Assembly: GCA_043228905.1 (NCBI GenBank)
Contig: JBHGNT010000009.1
Coordinates: forward strand, 18,600,001 to 18,664,000
Direction: 5' to 3'
From: Azolla caroliniana
Taxonomy: Eukaryota; Plantae; Polypodiophyta
Length of the DNA: 64,000 nucleotides
The notes below the pieces were generated by a model. That model saw only the letters and a program-made list of their open reading frames with translations, was not told the origin of the DNA and did not search any database. Within the stretch, counting starts at the first letter, position 1; the number at the start of each line of letters is the position of its first letter. Below are positions 56,347 to 64,000 of the stretch, piece by piece. The position numbers were made by a program, and so were the translations under genes.

Positions 56347-59300
56347 GTACTCGAGATGAGAACGAGTGTGCGTTGTATTCTAGGATGACCCGCAGATGCT
56401 GCATCATGACATTCATGAAGAATTTTCTGTTTTACGTTTGGTAAATTTGGAACACAGACCTTTCCACTACGGTAGAGCAAACCGTTTGTAATGTGAAAGG
56501 TCACCTTTGAGGGGGAGCCTGACACATGCTCTTTGAGTGTCTCAAATGATTTGTCAATATGTTCATTCCATGCAATCGGTTTGACAGACTTACGTGGATG
56601 ACCTTTTAAAAGGTTAGTTAATGGTGTAGCCAATTTGGAATAGTTACAAATTGATTGTTGTAAAAATCCAACAAACCCTAAGAATGATCGTAGTTCACGA
56701 ATATTACGAGGAATGGGCCAAAGTTTAACCTTTTCAATACGAGAAGGTTCAATTTCCACGCCATTTTCCGTAATTAAATGACCTAGGTACACAATAGATT
56801 TTTGGAAAAAATCACATTTTGAAAGTTTTGCATAGAAAGAGTTGTCACGCAATTTTTGCAAAACAACTCGAACATGTTGGACATGATCTTGCAAGGTACG
56901 GCTATATATCAAAATATCATCTAAGAAGATGACAACAAAAACTCCGAGTTGATCTCGGAAAATGTCATTCATCGCTTGTTGGAATGTGATTGGAGCATTA
57001 GTCAACGCGAAAGGCATGACTAAAAACTCATAATAGCCATAGCGTGTACGAAACGCAGTTTTAGGAATATCATCCTCGGCAATGTGAATCTGATGATAAC
57101 CTGTTCGTAAGTCAATTTTCGTAAAATATCGGGCCCCATGCAAACAATCAATCAAATCATCGGCACGAGGTAACGAATATGCATTTTTAATTGTCATTTT
57201 ATTCAAACGGCGATAATTGATACACATTCGCCATGAACCTTCCTTCTTCTTAACTAATAGAACTGGTGCACCCCAAGGTGATTTACTATACCTAATGTGG
57301 CCCATACTCAATTATTCCTTAAGTTATTTAGCGATCTCATCCTCTACTAATCGGCTAAGTCGGTAAGGTGGAATGTTCATAGGAGCAGCATTGGGGATGA
57401 GTTCAATTTGATGATCTACATTACGTTTTGGTGGTAAAGTAAGCAGCAATTCGTTAGGAAACACGTCTTGAAAATCGTCTAAAATAGAGTTGAGTAATCG
57501 TTGTTCATAATGTGGTAATTGTGTGGCATTAATAATAATTAAAATAATAAAATTGAAGCGCAGGATAAATTACACATGAATAAATTAATGAAGTAGAATA
57601 CTCACTTAAAGATTTAGAAGACACAAGTGCACGAGAAGGAAGTTTGGAACATTGAATAAAATGTTTACAATTATTAAGTTCAAATGTGATTGAGTGATTA
57701 ACCCAATCAATGGACAAAGAAGGGTTTTTGTTAAAAGACCAAGGGTATCCTAAAATGACATCTACGGATTGTAGTTTCATAGCATGAAAGTCTAGCTTCT
57801 CCAAATAGGTATCTTTTTTAATTGGCAGTTGAAAAACAATGCCATTGATGTATTGAACGCTTCCATTTGCCATGTGAACTTGATAGATATGATCACTTGC
57901 GTTTATGTGGAGTTCCATTTGCTGCACAAAGTGATCATTAAGAAAATTGTGAGAACTACCGGAATCAAACAAGAAATGTGCTTGTGTTCCATTGATATAC
58001 CCGACTGCTCGAAGTAAATCATTAGGTCCAAGTAAATGTGAAGGAAAAGTGCATTCACTTGAACTTAAGTGGTTGGTATGAACTTCAACAACATCAAAAG
58101 ACTCACCTATGTGACTCGTAGATTTGTCTTGAGGAGAGGGGTATTCATTGACTTCCTCTCAAGACGACGACGGGTATCCTTTGTGTGGCCCCACTTCTTG
58201 CAATATGCACAGAAGACGTTCAGTTTCTTGGAGTCACGGTCAAGAGTGTCACTGGATTGCTTACATTTCCCAATGAACTTGACATTCAGAGTTTTGGCGA
58301 ACTCTGGTTTTTTGTGGTTTTTCGTGGAAGTCCTATGGTACCGAAGTACAATGTTGGCGGTTTCTTTGAAAGTTGTGGGGTCCTTGTCATGGACAATCCT
58401 ATGGTAATCCCCATTGGGAATACCATTCAAAAGCAAGCAACAAACCATTTCTCACCCGTAAGTCCCAATTTTTGGATCACAGTCTGAACATGATGCACAT
58501 AATCCTCGAGAGAGGTAAATGGCTTAGTCGACAATGTGAGCGAGTGTTGCGCTTGTTCAGTTTGAGAAGGTGGCTGCAAAAACTGTTTCTTAAAAACATC
58601 AATGAAACCTTCCCAAGTTATAGGTAAGTTCTTTGCAATCTTTAGGCTGCGCCACCAAGTAGCAACTCGGCCACCTAACTCACGACTGACATAACCAATT
58701 TTTACAGCATCGGGCTTGGGTTGGAGCTCAAAGTGAGACTCCCAACAACCAAGCCAAGTGTTAATGGCTTCCTCGGTTCTTTCTTTCTTATCTCCCTTGA
58801 ATGGCGTTACTACGAAAAAGGTTCGCCTTCTTTCTTGGACTCAATAGTCAATTCTTGGAATTTCTTTTCCAATACCATATTAGCTTGCCTCATTTCGGCC
58901 AATTGATTCAAGGTCGTAGTGAGCAATTGCTCAATAGTGATCTCAACTTGTGTGCGAGATGTGAATTGGAGTTGAGAGGTCTCGGTTGGAGAGATCGCTC
59001 CAATAGCGTTCAAAACTTGTTCCATGATGCAAGTTGTGGGTATGCAATATAAATAAGGAGGTTCAGAAAATACACAAGCAAAATGAATGCTTGAAATTTT
59101 GATTGTAAGAACTTTTCCAAGAAAGCATCTCACGTCTTTACCCCTCTAGACATATGAGATGTGATTCAAGATCCGATAACTATGGTAACACTATGGTGTT
59201 TTAAAAACCATGGGGGAAAACATAGCTAAGATGTCTTTCTCAGATCTCTATCTTGAATAATCATGGCGGCTCCCCAAGGCTCAACCATGGTTCTAACATC

Positions 59301-61051
59301 AATGTAGTTTCCTAGTTAGTCTTATATTAGAATGCCAACCCAACATGTCTTGATATGGTCGAGAAAGTGTATAACGTGAAAAAACAAGTAATATTCTAGT
59401 CTTGCGAGTAGCAAGCAAACGTTATGAAAAAAAGAGAAAAGAGTCAAGAAGTGACAAAAACAAGGTTCAAAAACCATGAATTGTCTACTAAAAACAAATA
59501 CCACCAATAAATGGATGGTGTGAGGTATGCACATATCCATCCCAATATGGCGATTGTAATGTGCACAATTGTGACATAAGGCACAAGTTGATACAAATGG
59601 TGGTGGTGTTGTGCGCAAAGATGTAGTACTAAAATTTATGAGTAAAACATCAATAGGGGAATTCATGTGTTTTTAATTGAGTTCTAAGGCTCAATTACAT
59701 GGCTTAAACCTAGAGGATACTTTGGAAAAATATTTAAAAAGTGGCATAATGCCCACTTAATACGAAAAAAATAGACTACACAAAATTGTTACTCAATAGG
59801 GAAACACACGTAAATAGTGAAGATGAACATAAAAATTAAGGTTAAAAAAATAGTAACGATGAAAATCTTAAGAAAGGGAGAAGATAACTTGTGTAATTAG
59901 AAAATAGGTAGAATAGTAATCAGTTAGGTGTATGAACATTAAGCATGCCTTAAGGGATGAAACCCTAAGGTAGTCGACATGCACCTCCTCAAGACCACCA
60001 CATCTCCCTAGAATCGGCCAATTGATGGTTCACTTAAGAGTAAAGTGGCATAGGTAAGAGACATATACCTCGTTAAGGCCACAACATCCCATAGAATCAG
60101 CCAAGTGATGGCTCAATAAAGGGGAGAGTGGCATACTCAACATCATATGCAAAAGGGCCATGAGGTGAGCGTGTGCAATTAGGGCAAACACGCTCGACCT
60201 GATGCACAAGAATAATTATTATCGCCAGAGATGGCTCAAGAGAGGGGAGTGTGGGAGATACATCGCAATATACAAAAAGGCCATGAGTTGAGCATGTGCG
60301 ATTAGTTCAAATACGCTCGGCCCGATGCACAATAATAATTAAAATCGTAGCATGGTAGAAAGTAGAAAATAAGAAAATAAAACGTAATACAAATTTGATT
60401 CGACCAAGAAGAACGCACCATAGAAATGAAAAGAGAGATCGAGAAAGAAGAATACCGGGTTAAGAATGTTGTTTTGATCCTGTGAAGAGCATGACGAGCC
60501 TTGTTAGATCCCTATCACTCACACACAAAAAACGTCAAAACAACAAAAACAAAAATTGTTAGTAAATGCTCTAATACCACTGTTAAGAGTCTATTACTAA
60601 TCAATAGACCAAAGTAAAGTAAAAGAAGGAAAATAGATTGGATAGAAGAACGTTCCACCCGACCACCCCCGAGCTATGATCTAGACATAGCCAACCTACC
60701 ATCGATGTCCCATACCGCCGGATATTAGGATGACTAATACCCTGGAAGAGATAAACACGATCGTCGAGACGAAAGCCTAGCCCGCACCACCGATGTCTAA
60801 GACAGCAACCTTCCGACGTAATGTCCTTATGAGGGTAGTTAAGCCTCATATTTATACCTTTTCCTAGGCCCCTTGAATAGATGTGCCTTTCTAAAAGGCT
60901 CTCCATTCATTGGTTGTCCAAATCATGATAGTGCATGCACCTATCATTCCTTCTATCCAATCATTAGTCCCCTTTTTAACATTAGTGAACATACCCTTCA
61001 CTAATGTAAATATTAGTGACCTACCCTCACCAACGTTATGTGTACATAACA
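56347..61051 (-). mobile_element. Chromovirus-like Gypsy, 5' half, internally deleted
   Basis: LTR 61051-60581 (TGTTA..TAACA), PBS TGGTATTAGAGC 60579-60568, gag CAYCKKWGH, protease FDSGSSHNF, RT FLDDILIYS. RT jumps to integrase HECHD..GHP with no RNase H. Confidence 0.9.
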
Positions 61052-61922
61052 ATGTAGCTAAATAACCAAACAAACTTGATTCAAAAAGCCTCGAAATAAA
61101 GACCGTGTACCATCAAACTTGGTGGGGAGGCTAATCTTTGGTTCTCTAGGGGAGTTCTGCGCCCCCAACGCTTGTTCTCGGAATGATAATATAGTAGCCT
61201 CGAGTTGGTCAACCCGTTGTGATAACTCTTCGTATTGTTGAGCTTTTTCGGTGGTCACTTGTTGTAGATCCCCAAGTAGCCTTTGGTTTTCATGCTTTAA
61301 TGCCAAAAATTTATTCGTGAGCATGTCAAGCTCGGAAAGAACACGCATATACTCATGTTTGCCCATAGACTCCATAGCTTATGAGGGGAGAGGAGAAAGA
61401 AGAAGAGACTTGTTAGGAAGAGAAAGAAATGAAAATTTTGGTTCAAATCGTCAAGACAAAGAGAGACAGACAAACAGGCAGACAGACAGAGACAGAGTGC
61501 TTAAGACACACAAAGAGAGAATCGAAAGGGAAATATTATATTGCAGTGTAAAACAGATTACAAAGAGTAGGCAGCATAGTGCTATAGAATGGCGTTGAAC
61601 CAATTTACTTTTGGGATGATTGATAGATCCCTATTTATAAGTAATATTGAACACTCTAGAATATTCTAGGTCATTCTAGAATGTAGAGTACTCTAGAAGG
61701 TTTCTAGAGTATTCTAGAAGGTTCTAGTATGTAGAACACTCTAGAATATTCTAGGTCATTCTAGAATGTAGAGTAATATAGAATATTCCTATGATATTAG
61801 ATTACATATTCTAAAATTTATACATATAAATATATTATTACAATGGTTAAGGATTTGACATGTTTATAACAAGGTCGTGGGTTCAAATCCTTTCAAGGCA
61901 TAATGTGAGTGTCATCATGACA
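61052..61922 (-). mobile_element. Tcn1-like element: LTR plus gag N-terminus
   Basis: LTR starts TGTCATGA (61922); gag 61375-61052 homologous to 33263-32935. Confidence 0.88.
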
Positions 61923-62044
61923 GTCTTGTAAATCCCAGACATTACCATCTTGAAACGTCTACCACGATTCCAACTTCAGAGAGACATTGTCGTCGAAGAC
62001 CTGGATGTAGCTTAGCTCCAAATTTGGCCTTGACGTTGAGGTAT

Positions 62045-62310
62045 TCATGGTGAAAGAACCGTATACACTCGATCGAAGAAATTTTTAGGGCGTTCTCTAA
62101 CCAATTGCCTTCTTGCTTCGGCTAAATGTAATCCACCAATAATGAAGTAGTTATACTGATCATGTTTGCAAACATCAAAATCTTCCAATGTCGCACACTC
62201 CTCTGGATCAACCATTACAATGAATGGTACTACTATCGCATGATGATTGATCTTCATTTTCTTTTTAAGGTTTTGGACGTGTAACTTATGAAGTTCTCTA
62301 ATTTCAAGTG
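62045..62310 (-). pseudogene. ParB/Srx-like domain fragment
   Basis: IRELHKLHVQNLKKKMKIN..VVPFIVMVDP..YNYFIIGGLHLAEARRQL fits the R..V..L....PI.V....Y.I.xGxH..A...L pattern. Confidence 0.55.
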
Positions 62311-62794
62311 GATGACATTGTTACCCGTAATAATATACGAGCAAGCATAAGGGGTGGAACACGATAATGTGGTTGATGTGTATGTGTAATGTGTGAGGAT
62401 GAGTATGTGTATGAACACATGCACATTTGTGTGCATGTGTACAAAAGTGAGAGAGTGGGTAAGTAATGTAACTCCCTACTTGTCCCATTCTTTTGTAATG
62501 GTTACCTCTTGTACTATATAAACCCCACCCATGGGGCATAATGTGATATAGCTTTTTCCCCTCTCATTTTTGTGTCATTTCTTATTTTCACTCTCCTTCT
62601 CTCTACCTCACACGTAACCCCCTTGGGAGGGGGGTAGAGCCATTCTAGGCTTCACCCCCCACCCATTAACAGACATCTAGTCCTCTCGTCCATCAGTGGT
62701 CAGTGGATGTGTGTGATAGGGAGATTAAAAACATGGCCCGTTACGGACTGGCTTCCTCTAAATTATCTCCCTTCTAATATTATTTTGCTCTGAA

Positions 62795-63457
62795 TGTCAC
62801 GGACACACCAAGCGCGGACTAGGACGAAGCACAGATGATGGGGCTACGAGTGACAAATGAACTTGGAGCTAGATGTGACGAGGCTAGGAACTCTAGATGT
62901 TGGGAGCGACATGAGCGCATGAAGACCAAAATAAAGATCAAGGAGACAAAGATGAGGCGAAACGAGAATACTAGATTGATGTGTCAATGACTTGTGATGA
63001 ATCCCTTGAAAGGGACCAAGGATGTTACAAGTATTTATACAATTTCCAAGATTGAATATCTCTAGAATATATACTCGAGAAATATCTCGAGAATATATCA
63101 CAGAATAATTCTAGAATATACTAACGACTAGAATATTCTCAAATGTACTATACACTAGAATCTACAAGGATGTCGCTCCCAAGGATGTTGGGAGCGACAT
63201 GAGCGCATGAAGACCGAAATAAAGATCAAGGAGACAAAGATGAGGCGAAATGAGAATACTAGATTGATGTGTCAATGACTTGTGATGAATCCCTTGAAAG
63301 GAACCAAGGATGTTACAAGTATTTATACAATTTCCGAGATTGAATATCTCTAAAATATATACTCGAGAATATACTTGTTTAGAATATACCACAGAATAAT
63401 TCTAGAATATACTAACAACTAGAATATTCTCAAATGTACTATACACTAGACTCTACA
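62795..63457 (-). repeat. LTR-like sequence with ~290-bp internal tandem duplication
   Basis: Minus strand TGTAGA...TCCGTGACA, TATAAATA; 62897-63166 is repeated at 63184-63457. Confidence 0.7.
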
Positions 63458-63625
63458 ATATATACAAGTTCACAATCAAATGTGGACAGTTCACAAGAGT
63501 TTCCATATGGTTAAACAACACAATGTACTATGTGTGTTAAAAGTTACAGGTTCAAGTCTAGAATGTGACACTGAAGACTATACACCAGACGTTAATTCTA
63601 CCCCTAGTATTGTCCGTAGCTGCCC

Positions 63626-64000
63626 CTAGGATGATGACTTTGACATCTTCGTTACCTTTTTCTTCGATGGCCTCGACTGTGTGGGCCCTTTCTTGGGTGT
63701 TGCCTTCACAAGGGAGGGGGATGGCTCTCTCAATGTGACATGACCTTGAATATATGGTCGCAAAGTCACGATCAAGTTGCTCGTTGTCTCAATTGCTAGC
63801 TTGAAGGCCTTAAGTCCACAAGCTTCTTTAACCAACCTTTCCTCCGAGACAAACATTTTACGTACACCCATAGATGTTTCTATTAATAAAATGAGCTTTT
63901 GCGAATCAGGGTCTTCATAATCCAATCGCAATATGCGACCGTAGAAAAAACGTCGTTCTTTAACTAGTTGGCCATCACGCTTAGCTCGAGCAGTAATAAA
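63626..64000 (-). CDS. Unknown repeat-encoded ORF (partial, runs off window)
   Basis: YGRILRLDYED..GVRKMFVSE..NLIVTLRPYIQGHVTLREP; clearly homologous to 49821-50234. Confidence 0.55.
   Translation of the reverse strand, partial: FITARAKRDGQLVKERRFFYGRILRLDYEDPDSQKLILLIETSMGVRKMFVSEERLVKEACGLKAFKLAIETTSNLIVTLRPYIQGHVTLREPSPSLVKATPKKGPTQSRPSKKKVTKMSKSSS

Overview
Eukaryotic nuclear DNA from a land plant. The TE mix (Tcn1-like and fungal-like Gypsy, RTEX-type LINE, Sola) suggests a seed-free lineage such as a fern; this is inference. The left third (1-23 kb) holds three spliced genes: a DUF1499 chloroplast protein, an NSI/GNAT2-like acetyltransferase and a METTL21-like methyltransferase. It also holds a cluster of tRNA-Arg-derived copies, one with a UCA anticodon. 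A decayed CAN-like nuclease pseudogene follows, split by a young, structurally complete Copia element (24965-30435). From about 31 kb the window is a nested TE field: an RTEX-like LINE, two copies of an unusual Gypsy with a candidate -1 frameshift pseudoknot after the protease, an intron-containing Sola2-like transposase with a 146-bp satellite in its intron, Tcn1-like elements with a tRNA-like segment in the LTR, and an unclassified repeat module (hairpin/promoter, unknown ORF, ParB-like ORF). All family assignments come from motif recognition by eye; no searches were run.
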